Source: Malacoraja senta (lineage: Eukaryota). Taken from it: a stretch of DNA of 64,000 nucleotides. The position numbers and the translations under genes are program-made. Under the pieces are notes generated by a model, which was given only the letters and a program-made list of their open reading frames with translations, was not told where the DNA came from and did no database searches. Shown here one piece after another: positions 38,101-51,689 of this stretch. The stretch lies in the NCBI GenBank assembly GCA_038087875.1, contig CM075977.1:172856001-172920000 (forward strand). Reading direction: 5' to 3'. Positions within the stretch are counted from its first letter, which is position 1. Each line of letters opens with the position of its first letter.

Positions 38101-39680
38101 TCCCATAGAATTCAAAGAAGACATTTGTGCAAACCCAAAGAATTTGGTGGATTATCCTAATTTTTTGTATTATTACTGGGCCGCAAATGTCAAAAATATG
38201 ATTCACCTGTCGGACAACTCGGCCCAGCAGGTGGATTGGATATTAATGGAGAGAGAGGATTGTTCCCCTTTTAATATAGGAGCGATCCTTCTCTCACCAA
38301 CAAAATTGAAGAATACAATATATATTAAGAATCCAATAGTACATTCAGAATTTGGAAACAAATAAAATTAACTTTAAAATTAAGAAATCTATCGCTTCTT
38401 TCACCTATAATGAACAATCCTTCGTTTAAACCTTCTACGATAGATAAATCGTTTACACACTGGGATAGATTAGGAATTAAAAAACGTTTGGAGATATGTA
38501 TGATAATGGAAGTTTTTTAACACTTCACCACTTACAACTTAAATACAATTTGAGTAGTAATCAATATTTTAAATATTTTCAAATACGTGACTATTTGAAA
38601 AAATATACACAAGATTATCAAAATATGTCTCCAGATTTATTAGACGAGACAATGAATATAAAAGCAGAATCAACTAATTTAATATCACACCTGTATAATA
38701 CCATCATAAATATAGAAATACCATCATCTGATAGGATTAGAAGAGATTGGGAACAAGAACTAGCTATAAAAATCTCAAAAGAGAGTTGGGATAAACACAT
38801 GTTATATGTACATAAATGCTCGATTAACGTAAGACACATTCTAATTCAATTTAAAATCTTACATAGATTATACTACTCAAAAGCTAAAATAAGTACATTT
38901 TACCCAAATGTCTCTTGTATCTGTGATAAATGTCTAAACCAAGAAGCAAATATAGCACGTTCTTTTGTTTTTTGTATAAAAATTCAAAAATTTTGGAATG
39001 AAATCTTTGAAATTTTCACGAAATTATTTAAAATAAAACTGAAACCGAATGCAGAACTGATCATTTTTGGAACAATCGAAGTCAGTTTGGAGCTGTCTTC
39101 GTTTCAAAGGGGCTTTCTTAATTATGGCTTAATAACGGCAAAAAACGTATACTGAAATTTTGGAAAAATGCTCCCACGCCAACGACAAAAATGTGGATTT
39201 CTAATATGTTGGAACTGTTACACCTAGAAGATATGAGATTCCTCTTAGCAGGTAAACCAGACCATTTCCAAAAGATTTGGTCTCCATTTATCGACTTATT
39301 ACAAATATAGGGTGCAACAAAATGTTGATAATAAATGGTTTTAGGACCTGGCGAGGGGTGAGTAAAGATATGAAGTAGGTACATCCCTTTTATCTTGTCC
39401 TATCTTATTTTACTTTTTTTTCCTTTTTTCTTTTTCCTTCTTTTGGTTTTTCTCTTTTGTTTAACTCTTTCTGTGGTTTAGGTCCCTATGGGTGTTCCTG
39501 GACCACTCTTTCAATCACTCACTTACTATCTCTGCTAACTCTCTCTTTCCTTTTTCATATTAAAGTTTAAAATAAGAAGTGGTACACGAAATGTATAATT
39601 TTATGTTTGTTTGAGATCACTGTACTGTACAATACTTCTAATAAAAATAAAAAAATAATTAAAAAAAAAAAAAAAATTTA
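38101..39680 (+). mobile_element. 5'-truncated LINE-1 (related but distinct subfamily)
   Basis: Perfect 15-bp TSD AGCATTTACATCAGA at 38086-38100 and 39681-39695. Frameshifted ORF2 C-terminus (38144-39155 pieces, CDKC..C motif) aligns with 56660-57886. Pyrimidine-rich 3'UTR and poly(A) tail. Confidence 0.95.
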
Positions 39681-42600
39681 AGCATTTACATCAGACAAAA
39701 CTGCCCATTTCTTCCAGCTTGCATGACTGTAAGTAAACAGAATAACTGTTTTTTGGTTGTTTCATTAGTTTCAGTGCTCAAATCAACTTAAAAAGTGAAT
39801 AGAAAATAATAATATTGAAATGACTTTTAAAACAACTCAGATTGTTACAGTTATCTCATATCTGGCGTTCACTCTAATGATTTTACTTTCACACTTTTGG
39901 ATTGAAAAAATTAAGGCAGTTTCTTGTCAATATTTCAAGTATGACATTTGAAAACAATATTATAATACTGCACACATGTCAGCAGTGACACCTGATAAGT
40001 ATTTGTTTTTTTCATTTTCCATTTTATTAGGTAGGTATACTGTGATTCAAAGGCCATACAGTTTTAAATTACAGAAGGAAATAATTAGTCAGAAAATAAC
40101 ATGTATTTTTAACCCGATGAATGATAAAAATATTTCATTAAGTTACAAGCACCTTAACTTCTGTTGCATGGTTAAAAGAGGTGTCTAACTGTCCAGAGGA
40201 TCTCTCTGAATGCATGAAATAGTACTGCAAAAGCCTCAAAACGAGGAAATTTTTTTCAACATAGAGCAATTTAAATCAACATATCAATCCCCCATTTTTG
40301 ATTTGAGTGATTTCAAATGGCCCACAAAATTCTGCTTTGCCGCACACACTTTTCAGTTGTTGAACTGGTCCCAAAATGTCCTCACTGAGCCCATATCAGT
40401 GAGGACATTACCCACATTAACTTATGCACAGACATCATCCACTGTAAGCATGCTGAACAAGCCAGTTACAATATTAATTGTTATGCAGTGAAGCACATCC
40501 CAAAATACAACAACATATTTCCCATAATACAGCATCTGCATTAAATCCCATTAACTATTCCTTAGCCAATCACGTGGTCTCAGCTGACAATGTTACTGAC
40601 AAATGGAAACATCGTGTTACAAGCAATTCTTGAAAGCTTTTTGTGATGCAGGGAATGTCCACACTTGAAAATAACACTATTTCTGCTCAAAGCAAGATGA
40701 TTAGGGGACAATTTCTATGGACAAACGTTCTATGTTCCGGTGGCAGTCTGGTCACAAGAGTACCAGACTAGAGTGTTTCACCCTATGGCAGTCGCGCTGC
40801 AGGAGGTCCACAGGATACAACAGGGTTCCCATTCCTGACAACTGGTCATAACCTAATCTGTTTGTAAGTCAGAAATCAACAATAGCAATGTGTCGGAAAG
40901 AATCACCAAAACTGTTGTGATGGGGGAGCGATCAGGCATGGGAAGAGTGGCCGCAACCCAGCGTGACTGACTCAGTGAGTGATCGAGTGAGTCTGCTCAG
41001 GGTTCCCAGCTCTGACGGAGGAGATGGAGAGAGAAAACACAAGGACATACCCTGCCCCACCCGACAGAAGATGCAGTAGTCATCAAATACATCCCTATTT
41101 ATCCCACTGGTCTCCCAAATGCTTGTTCAGGGTGTCCATGATTTAGGTGCTTGTAAACTGGGAGGAACCTGTATCTTAATTCTACAACAGAAACCTGCAA
41201 TAGGCACTGAAACAATACAATGAGTGGCTATTGGGTGACAAGGGCATTATAAACTTGGTGCATTGTGGTAGTTATATTTTAATTGTATATTTGTTTATTA
41301 TTCATTTATTGATTGATCGAATGGTTAGTGACTATCATTAAGGATAATATGTACTCTATTATCATCATGCAAACAAGGAATTTCATGCACGCTGGTGTAA
41401 ATGATGATAAACTAAACTGAATCTGCTCACAAAGAGTGAAAGTAAATATTGGAAAACAAAATCCGGAGAAATCTATTCAAACACTGTACATTATCCAATA
41501 ATGCATGAGCTAAAAGGGTGGATAAATTAGACTTTATAAAAACTTATAATATGCACTGGTAAATAATTGTTTTGCAGTGGTTTGGGGAAGAAAAGGTGCA
41601 ACTAAAATGAAGCATTCCACAAAGTGGCATGGGCAAAATGCACCAAAAGATCACTCCATGGGAGGGAGTGCACAGGAGTGCATAGCTTCGAGGGGGGAGT
41701 GGGTCAATGGAGGCCCTACAATAGCCTGGACTGGGCACCGCACCAAGAGACCAAGCACGTGGACCGGACGTGGCCTACAATGGTGGAGCAGCGGCGGAGG
41801 ACATCAACGGCTACGTTTGGCCAGGCCGACCCTGCAACACCACCAGGAGAACAGACCTTCAGGTCAGGTCAAGAACCCTGAACAAACAACAACTGGGACT
41901 TGAAAATGGCACCAAACTGGTGACTCTGTATACGGTCTCAGTGTACAATTGCTATACACTTGTATTATATCTGAGATGCTTATCTGATATGTATCTGAGT
42001 GCTTATGTATAATGATACAATGTATAATGGAGAGGAGAGGAGAGGACAGTCATACTTGTTTCGAGTGACCGCAGATGATGAATGATACTTGTACTGAACT
42101 GTATACAAAATTAATTTACCTTGGTACATGTGACAAATAAAGTTACATACCAATCACTATGATACACCCTGTGACAGAATACACAGAATTGCAAATGATC
42201 TATACACGAAACAAGGGCCCAGATAAATTTTCCAGGGTATGAAACAGTTTATGATTGAAGAAGTCTGTGAGTGCCAATATCAGACATGCATGAGTGAAAG
42301 ATGGTGCAAATGCTGCAGCTCAGTCAAGATTGCTTCCACTGAGAATTTAAAAATGTGACAACCACAAATATCTTCTTTAGCATGACCCAGGGAATGTCAA
42401 TACATTTGGCCCTGCCACTAAAACAAGATAAACATTAAATAAATGTGTAGTATTTGAACGAGGCGGTTAAAAAATCAAGCAAGGTTAGACAATAAACATT
42501 AAGTGTCAGTGAGGTGAAGCAGCGGAACGTCTGACGTTTGAGGTCAATATTTCTGACAAGTCATAAAATGACTCAGGCAGATCCAATGAAGTATTCAGTC

Positions 42601-43080
42601 AAAAAGGTGGGAGGATAACATTTATTTTCTTGGGCCCAATCAGCAATTCCAGAACAAATTGTATTTTGTGAGCCATTATTTCCCATGAGATCTCACTTGG
42701 CAAAAAGCAAAATTCGCCTTGAACAGAAAGAATAGCATTAGGTCCAGCTTTGAAATATGTTTGAACAGCGCAATAGTAAGATTATTAACATATTTACAAA
42801 TGGGTATGCCATAAAAGCATTTTGAATAAACATATTAAAACACCATCTTTGAGTGGTATGGCTTTAAATAATTTATAATGTTACTTTAAAAGTAGAAAAA
42901 CAACAATTGCCAGCTATAGTTGTAAAATGAATGTCAGAAAATTGTTTTGAAAACTATTAAAAACATAGCTAATAATGTCCTAAAGTTCAAATTTTAATTT
43001 TAAAGCAACCCCCATGAGCAGCAAATTAGAACAATTTGCAGAAACTTCCAATGGGATAAAATTGCATTCAATGTATGGCC

Positions 43081-43305
43081 CGTGGATTTCTCTGCCACAG
43101 AAGGCAGTGGAGGCCAATTCACTGGATGTATTCAAGAGAGAGAGTTAGATTTAGCTCTTAGGGCTAACGGAATCAAGAGATATGGGGAGAAAGCAAGAAC
43201 GGGATACTGATTTTGGATGATCAGCCATGATCATATTGAATGGTGGTGCTGGCTCAAGGGACCAAATGGCTACTCCTGCACCTATTTTCTATGTTGCTAT
43301 GTCTT
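43081..43305 (+). mobile_element. CR1 3' terminus
   Basis: CTCTGCCACAGAAGGCAGTGGAGGCC..GATCAGCCATGATCATATTGAATGG..TTTTCTATG tail. Confidence 0.88.
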
Positions 43306-43539
43306 GTGAGTGGTGTCACCTTCTTTATCTTAGTTTGTAAGAAGCAAAGTTGCTAAGTTGTGAGTGATTCGATTTGCAATTAAAATTCCAGTTATAACAA
43401 TTTTGAACAAAGTGCACTAAATTACATAGCAAAACTGTTTGAAATTTCTGATTGATTAGGCAGAATCTATGCGAGTGATCTGAACAAAGGCCCAAATGCA
43501 AAATCACACAGTAATGTTTCACAGAGACATGACTCACCC

Positions 43540-45755
43540 CCAGCTCCCCAGACTCAGCCATCCAATCTGAATGTTTCTCCATCCAACGTACTCACTGTAC
43601 GCAGGCATCTGGGAAAGGGAGAGGTGGGGCTGTCTGCCTCATGGTCAAATCTTCGTGGTGCTCAGACGTAGCAATTTTGCCTAACTCCTGCTCTAACATC
43701 TGGCGGTGAAGTGCCACCCCTTCTACCTTCCGAGGAAATTCACCTCCATCATCCTGACCGCAGTCTACATCCCACCCCAGGCAGATGTCCGTCTAGCATT
43801 GGAGGAGCTGCACGCCACGGTCAACAAGCACCAGACAGCCTAGCCCAAAGCTTTTACCACCATAGCCGGGGACTTCAACAAAGCCAAACTGAAAAAATCA
43901 CTCCCAAACTACCACCAGCATGTCACCTGCAGCACCGCAGGGTTAAACACCTTTGACCACTGCAAACGACCATCAAGGATGCCTATCGCTCTATCCCTCG
44001 CCCTCACTTCAGGAAATTCAACCATTCAGCGGTGCTGCTTCTTCCTGCATACAGGCAGCAACTGTAGAGCGCATCCCCAGAGATGAGGACCGTACAGAGC
44101 TGGTCTGGGGAGGCAGAACAACAACTACAGGACTGCTTGTAGTTAGTAGACTGGGCAATGTTCAAGGCTCGTAAACGGACCTGAATGAATACGCCACAGT
44201 CGTTACAGACTTCATAAGGAAATGTGTGGACGATTGTGTTCCTAATAAAACCTTCCGAGTGTTTCCTAACCTGATACCTTGGATGAACCAGGAGATATGC
44301 ATTCGTCTGAAGACCAGATCCCGGGCATTCAGGTCTGGTGACACAGAGGTCTATAAGAAGTCCAGATACGACTTTGACAAGGCCATTAAAAAGGCCAAAA
44401 GGGACTTAGACAATAGAAAATAGACAATAGACAATAGGTGCAGGGGTAGGCCATTCGGTCCTTCGAGCCAGCACTGCCATTCAATGTGATCATGGCTGAT
44501 CATGGCTGATCATCCCCAATCAGTACCCCGTTCTTGCCTTCTCCCCATATCCCCTGATTCCACTATCTTTAGGCCCTATCTAGCTCTCTCTTGAAAGTAT
44601 CCAGAGAACTGGCCTCCACCACCCTCTGAGGCAGAGAATTCCACAGACTCACAACTATCTGTGAGAAAAAGTGTTTCTTCGTCTCCGTTCTAAATGGCTT
44701 ACCCCTAATTCTTAAACTGTGGCCATTGGTTCTGGACTCCTCCAACATCGGGAACATGTTTCCTGCCTCTAGCGTTCCGAAATCCTTAACAATCTTATAT
44801 GTTTCAATAAGATTCCCCCTCATCCTTCTAAACGCCAGAGTGTACAAGCCCAGCCGCTCCATTCTCTCAGCATATGACAGTCCCGCCATCCTGGGAATTA
44901 ACCTTGTAAACATACTCTGCACTCCCTCAATAGCAAGAATGTCCTTCCTCAAATTAGGGGACCAAAACGGCACACACTACTCCAGGTGTGGTCTCACTAG
45001 GGCCCTGTACAACTGCAGAAGGACCTCTTTGCTCCTATGCTCGACTCCTCTTGTTATAAAGACCAACATGCCATTCACTTTCTTCACTGCCTGCTGACCC
45101 TGCATGCTTACCTTCATAGACTGATGAACAAGGACCCCCAGATCCCATTGTACTTCCCCTTTTCCCAACTTGACGCCATTTAGATAGTAATCTGCCTTCC
45201 TGTTTTTGATACCAAAACTTCCGCTTAAAGCTGGAGGTTGGGGCGGACGTTTGGCAACCGTGGCAGGGTTTGAATGCCATAATCTCCTACAAGGCAAAAC
45301 CAGGCAGTTCTAGGGAGAACACTGATGTGCCTTCCGAGCCCCCATAAGCCCTGATGGTATTACAATCACAGTCACAGAAGCCGACTTCAGAAGATCCTTC
45401 AGGGGGATGAACCCTCGGAAAGTGCCTGGACCTGAAGGTTGAGTTCTCAAAACCTGTGCAGACCAACTGTGGAGTTTTTGCGGACATTTTCAATCTCTCA
45501 TTACTGAGGTCTGAGGTTCCTACCTGCTTTAAGAGGCCATCAATAATACTGGTGCCCAAGAAGAGTAAGATGACGTGCCTCACCGACTATCAACCAATGG
45601 CACTAACGTCTGTGGTGACAAAGTACTTTGGGAGGTTGTTTATGGTGCCTTGTAGGAGATGATAGCATTCAAACCCTGCCACAGTTGCCGAACGTCCGCC
45701 TCAATCTCAATGTTCTATCTGGGACATACGACAATAAAACGCTCTTGACTCTTGA
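43540..45755 (+). mobile_element. Rearranged Rex1/Babar LINE, interrupted by a CR1 (44407-45217)
   Basis: EN remnants (CFTETWL, VYIPP, AGDFN), PWMNQE, GVFADIFNLSL..VPTCFK..IILVPKK..DY.P.ALTS; tail GACAATAAAACGCTCTTGACTCTTGA. Confidence 0.85.
44407..45217 (-). mobile_element. CR1 LINE 3' part
   Basis: (CTATTGT)n tail; ORFs 44569-44973 and 44977-45297 give LYRALVRPHLE / FWSPNLRKDILAIEGVQ. Confidence 0.92.
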
Positions 45756-46119
45756 GTCCCTAATGTCAGAATACAATAAAAACCAGGCAGGCATACACAG
45801 TTCCTTACACTGGGACACTAATTTACCAAAAGTAATGACGTTAGAAATTGCTACAAAACTGTGCTTTTAGGAATGAAAGTCCTTGATCTTTCACTGGTAA
45901 TGTGACGACTACATATTGCATAAACTATCATGAATCATTTATGATAAATCACAAACGCCAATTTGATTCTGATCTAAATAAACCACCACCAATTTGAGAT
46001 GATACCCAATGTTGAAAAAAATTGGCTACGACTATATTTCTCTGTATTTACAAATCTTCAAAATATTACATAAAATTGCATCAAATTCTAAATCAGACGA
46101 CAGACTTTCTTGTTTAAAA

Positions 46120-46860
46120 ACAAGGAACTGGAGATGCTGATTTACAACAAAAAAAGAGACACATAATGCTGGAGTTACTCTGCTGGCCAGGCGAATACAT
46201 GGTGTATCAGGTTCGTTTTACAGATTGATTGTGGTGGGAGAGTGGGAGGTACCAAGCTGAAATGTCATCTGTCCATGTTTTCCACAGATACTGCCTGACC
46301 TGCTCAGCTACTCCAACAGATTTTGTCACAGACCTTCTTACTTTCTTGTTTGACTCAATCGCGTTGCTTATCGGACACGTCCATTCTTTTCATTTGTAAG
46401 CTAAATTTGGATTAAAAAATGTAATGACTAAGCGCATGATTTTCATACGTGTAAGATTTTAACAAATGTAACCCATAAAGACGATGCAGTTTTGTGTGTA
46501 GAGTGTGCACACTCAGAGGATGTGGGACAAATGTTAGTTATCCAGTAATGTACATTTGTCATCCCTGTTTACATTGTAGCTTGTATTTATACAACTGCAA
46601 AATAGTGTGAGTTATGTGTGGGAAAGCAGACCAAGACAGAGATAGCAACTTTGATGGTACACCAAAGAGAAACCTCATTAATGTGTTTTATTTCTGTGCA
46701 TTATCTCTCTACATCATCGTCTATATCTCTCGTTTCCCTTAACCCTAACCAGTCTGAAGAAGGGTATTGACCTGAGATGCTGCCTGTCCCGCTGATTTAC
46801 TCCAGGTTTTTGTGTCTATCTTCGGTTTAAACCAGCATCTGCAGTTGCTTCCTGCACAAA
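46120..46860. mobile_element. Two Penelope pLTR remnants (46120-46330 and 46690-46860)
   Basis: AAGGAACTGGAGATGCTG, GCTGGAGTTACTC, CAGTCTGAAGAAGGG and CCAGCATCTGCAGTT motifs. Confidence 0.6.
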
Positions 46861-48820
46861 CCTCATTAATTACATATTTTCTGGAGATTTCATTGCAACA
46901 GACATCAAAGTAGTTTTCTGAACTGCAACATTTGAATAATTTCTGGTTTTAACTAAGATGAAGCATGTCATAATTGTCAGTAGATCCTTGGTATGCCAAT
47001 CTTCTCTCTGCATCAATAAGCTTGAAGTGAGGCATGGTGCTTTAAAGATGTGTCAAACTGCAAGTCTACACACATGTATAGAACTTAGCAGTGTTAACTG
47101 TGCAAAAAACATGGTGATGTGATATCTCATGCACACACAGCCTTGCTTATCATGCAACAATAATATTTCTATTAGAGAAACAAAACATGATTGCAACACC
47201 CATCAAAGCAGTGCATTAGCTTGTGGTTTCAAACAAGAACTTATTTATAAGCTTTGATGTTATTACATGTGATGTATTTTGTTTTATGTACTAGGCATTG
47301 GTAAATTTAAAAAAAAATCTGTTGAGATGAATGACAATAAAACTCCAACCATCCACAAACCAACAATTCAGAAATGTTGATGGTTTGGCATCTAGTTTAC
47401 CAGGTAATGTTTGCCACGTGCCTTTTCAATCACTGGAGCCCCAATTCCTTCTCACTCACCTACTCCTGAATCCTGTGCACACATTCCATTCACCCGTTCC
47501 CCAATTCCTGTACTTCTTTTCTGCTGTCCAGGACCCCAATTACCACGTTCCATTTAAACTTACCTGATTAGCCGAAAAATGTATTATTATAATTCCTAAC
47601 TTTTGAAAAAGAGTGAGTTAAAAGTAGTTTGGGCTATTGATGGGAAGATCATCCAATAGTCTAGAAAATCTGCTACTTTGCTGCCACCATAATCTTAAAC
47701 ATGGTAGATTATCAGAGTTTTTACATAGAATAGTACAGCACAGGAAAAGGACCTTCAGCCTACAATATATGTGCTGAACATAATAACAAGATAAACTAAT
47801 CTCATTTGCTTGCACGTAATCTAAATCCTTCCATATTCATGTGCCTATCTAAAAGCCTCTTAAAACGCCACTGTACAGAAGTTCAGAGATAAAAACAGTA
47901 TAGAAATTGAGTTGCAGGGCACATGTTTTTTTGTTGGTGTTTCATGATCCGTCTCAACATTATTCAGTGTTGAAGATTAGTTTAGGGTGAAATTGTGTGA
48001 AACAAGGAACCGAACCAGACAATTTCATGTATTATTCACATGATCGTGGTTGACTTTTCCCTTGCCACTTCACACTCCAAGCTCCACACCACAACAATCA
48101 TGGAACAGTCTCAGTAAAATAAGGAGCACATCATGTTAGTTTGTTGACTTCTTTTTTTAAGAAGGACATTGCCGACATTGAAAGTTCTGAGTGGCCCTCC
48201 ATTAAATATAATCATGGCTGATCAACACTGGTCTCTATGAGTGAATGAAACACTTGATTCAATGAGTACCTGCCTCAATTACTTAATGGTTTGCTACACC
48301 ATCTCTGTCTTGCTGGTATGAGTGGTACTTCACTCAGATATCCTCAATATTTAATTTCTGAGAAGAACCGCACTCTGCGGGCATAAACTGTGACGTGCAG
48401 ACCACCTGGTTGGTCTGACAGGGTCCTTGTGCACACTACTTTCCTTCTTGTATGTGTCTTGTTAACCAGGATGTTCATGTCCCTTTGAGTGATTGGTAAT
48501 GGCCTTGGTTCATGTTGTCTTGTGTAATAGGTCCGAGCAAAAATCATAGTTAAGGTGCTATCCAATAAATATTACTGTACATAAGGACAATCAAGCCATA
48601 TACAAGCATGGCTGATAGTACAAAGATAAAAAAATACCAGAGTGCAGAATATAGTGTTACAGTGTTTTAGTAATATAGTTACAGAGAAAGGACAGACAAA
48701 ACAAAAAGTTTGAGGGTCATAATGAGGCGATCGGCTCTTAGCTTAGCTCTTAAAGATAAAACTTGAGGTTATAAGAGGTTTGTTTAATTGTCTGATGCCA
48801 GCGGGTAAGAAGGTGTTCCT

Positions 48821-49312
48821 AACATCATGGAGTTGGCGGCCTCTTGTATGAGACTTCTAGAACTCCCAAACTGTGGAGCCTGCGGACTTTAACATCTTGG
48901 AGCGAGCGATCCCTTTGCTAGGGGTCGGCCTTTGGTGCTCCAACCTGGGGGAGCTGTGGACTTTAATATCGTGAAGCTCGCGGTCCCTGATTAGTGACTG
49001 ACTTCGGAAACTCCAAGCCGCAGGAGTTCGACCGCCCCGAAGCGGGAGCTTAGACCGCCCCGACGTGGGAGCTCAATCGCCGGCTGCAGATAGTTCGACT
49101 CCCCCAACTGCGGGAGGAAAGGAGGAAAGAAGATAAGATTTATTGCCTTCCATCACAGTGGGGAATGTGGAGGAGCCACTGTGGTGGATGTTTATGTCAA
49201 ATTTTTATGTAGTTGTGTGTCTTGTTGCTTTTTTGGTATGACTGCATGGCAAACCAAATTTCTCGTATATTGCAAAACATACTTGACTAATAAATTATGA
49301 TTATGATTATGA
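48821..49312 (+). mobile_element. 5'-truncated copy of the same non-autonomous retroposon, inserted in an old minus-strand Rex-type LINE (~48570-49460)
   Basis: Homologous to 20820-21380; internal GGAG.T.GACCGCCCCGA repeats. Confidence 0.8.
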
Positions 49313-49728
49313 ATATGGCGGCATGTGATTTCATGTTTTTAAGTCTTCTGCCTAATGGAAAAAGTGAGAAGGAGGAATGACCAGGGTGTACTTCAATGTG
49401 AAGTAGAGATGGAGTCAATGAGCTGGAGGCCAGTTTGGGTGCTGGCCAGGGTTAGATTGTGATGGATTGCGGGAGGTACCTTCCTCTCCCCTGTAACTTC
49501 TGTGCATTAATAGAAAGATTAAACGAGAACTTACCGTTTGAAGTTTGATCTTTATTTTATGAGTAGTCGAAGTGAGGGATTACGTGAAGAGCCCTCCAGC
49601 CCGCATGTGCGTCAATCTTAAAAGTAGCTGCATGAAACCACAGAATAGTTGCTGACCTAAGCTATAGGAAGATTAAAGAGCTAGAACTACCAAATGATCT
49701 TTATGAGAATAGGGTTGGGAGTGGAGGG

Positions 49729-49840
49729 CACATAATCCCTCACTTCAACTTCTCATAAAATAAAGATCAAACTTCAAATGGTAAGTTCTCGTTTAATCTT
49801 TCTATTTTATTTTGAAGTCACGTGAGTGACTACGTGAAGA
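49729..49840 (-). repeat. DIRS internal complementary region (ICR)
   Basis: 49729-49806 is a near-perfect inverted copy of 49509-49586. 49807-49840 (TTATTTTGAAGTCACGTGAGTGACTACGTGAAGA) is an inverted copy of 63351-63384. Confidence 0.9.
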
Positions 49841-51689
49841 TTTCAAAGCTCTGTGGTTTCATGCAGTGACACAATCTGTGTGTGAAACACTTAAACAGAT
49901 AAACCATTAATTTGTAGGAAAAAACATGTTATTAATATCATGATGCTAACTTGCATACATGGCCATTGTCCTTAACTGGACCGTAGTCCCAATAGACTGT
50001 TGAGTTAGACAATAATTCATGCAACACTGTGCATAATACTATCTGCAAATATCCAGACATATTCCACCAAATGTTATAATTTATTAACCTGCACTATGTA
50101 AACCTCATTATGTTTGATGAAAGGGAAATCCATTCTATTGGCTGCTAATGATCCATCAGCAATATCTTGAGACTATTGAATAACAAAATAACTATCTTCC
50201 ATTTCATAGGCACTAGCACCTGAATGCACTTGTATATCTAATGACAACCCTGATCTCTGCTCTGGTGGGTATGCTGTCAACCTCAAATGTACGCAATCCT
50301 GCTCATTTGCTTATGAGATTATTTCTATAATAAGCTACCCTAATGTCAGTATGACGTAGAGACTAAGCCAGAGATTGAATAAAGGCTGTGTTCTTTATGC
50401 TGAGATCAGTTGCTGAAAGCATAATCATCTTAAACCAACATGAAGAGGAACCAATGAGAGAGCAGGCTATTCTAGACTGGGTATTGAGTAATGAGGAAGG
50501 GTTGGTTAGCAGTCTTGTTGTGCGTGGCCCCTTGGGCAAGAGTGACCATAATATGGTTGAGTTCTTCATTAGGATGGGGAGTGACATCATTAATTCAGAA
50601 ACAAGGGTTCTGAACTTAAAGAAAGGTAACTTTGAGGGTATGAGACGTGAATTGGCCAAGATAGACTGGCAATTGATTCTTAAAGGGTTGATGGTGGATA
50701 GGCAATGGAAGGCATTTAAAGACTGCATGGATGAACTACAACAATTGTTCATCCCAGTTTGGCAAAAGAATAAATTAGGGAAGGTAGTGCATCCATGGAT
50801 AACAAGGGAAATCAGGGATAGTATCAAAACAAAAGATGAAGCATATAAATTAGCCAGAAAAAGCAGCCTACCAGAGGACTGGGATAAATTCAGAGTCCAG
50901 CTGAGGAGGACAAAGGGCTTAATTAGGAAAGGGAAAATAGATTATGAAAGAAAACAGGCAGGGAACATAAAAACTGACTACAAAAGCTTTTATAGATATG
51001 TGAAGAGAAAAAGATTAGTTAAAACAAATGTAGGTCCCGTGCAGTCAGAAACAGGTGAATTGTTCATGGGGAACAAGGACATGGCAGACCAATTGAACAA
51101 CTACTTTGGTTATGTCTTCACTAAGGAAGACATAAATAATCTGCCGGAAATAGCAGGGGACCGGGGGTCAAATGAGACGGAGGAACTGAGTGAAATCCAG
51201 GTTACCCGGGAAGTGGTGTTAGGTAAATTGAATGGATTAAAGGCCGATAAATCCCCAGGGCCAGATAGGATGCATCCCAGAGTACTTAAGGAAGTAGCCC
51301 CAGAAATAGTGGATGCATTAGTGATAATTTTTCCAAACTCTTTAGATTCTGGAGTAGTTTCTGAGGATTGGAGGGTAGCTAATGTAACCCCACTTTTTAA
51401 AAAGGGTGGGAGAGAGAAAACGGGGAATTACAGACCAATTAGTCTAACATCGATAGTGGGGAAACTGCTAGAGTCAGTTATTAAAGATGGGATAGCAGCA
51501 CATTTGGAAAGTGGTGAAATCATTGGACAAAGTCAGCATGGATTTATGAAAGGTAAATCATGTCTGACGAATCTTTTAGAATTTTCCGAGGATGTAACTA
51601 GTAGAGTGGATAAGGGAGAACCAGTGGATGTGTTATATCTGGACTTTCAGAAGGCTTTCGACAAGGTCCCACATAAGAGATTAGTATGC

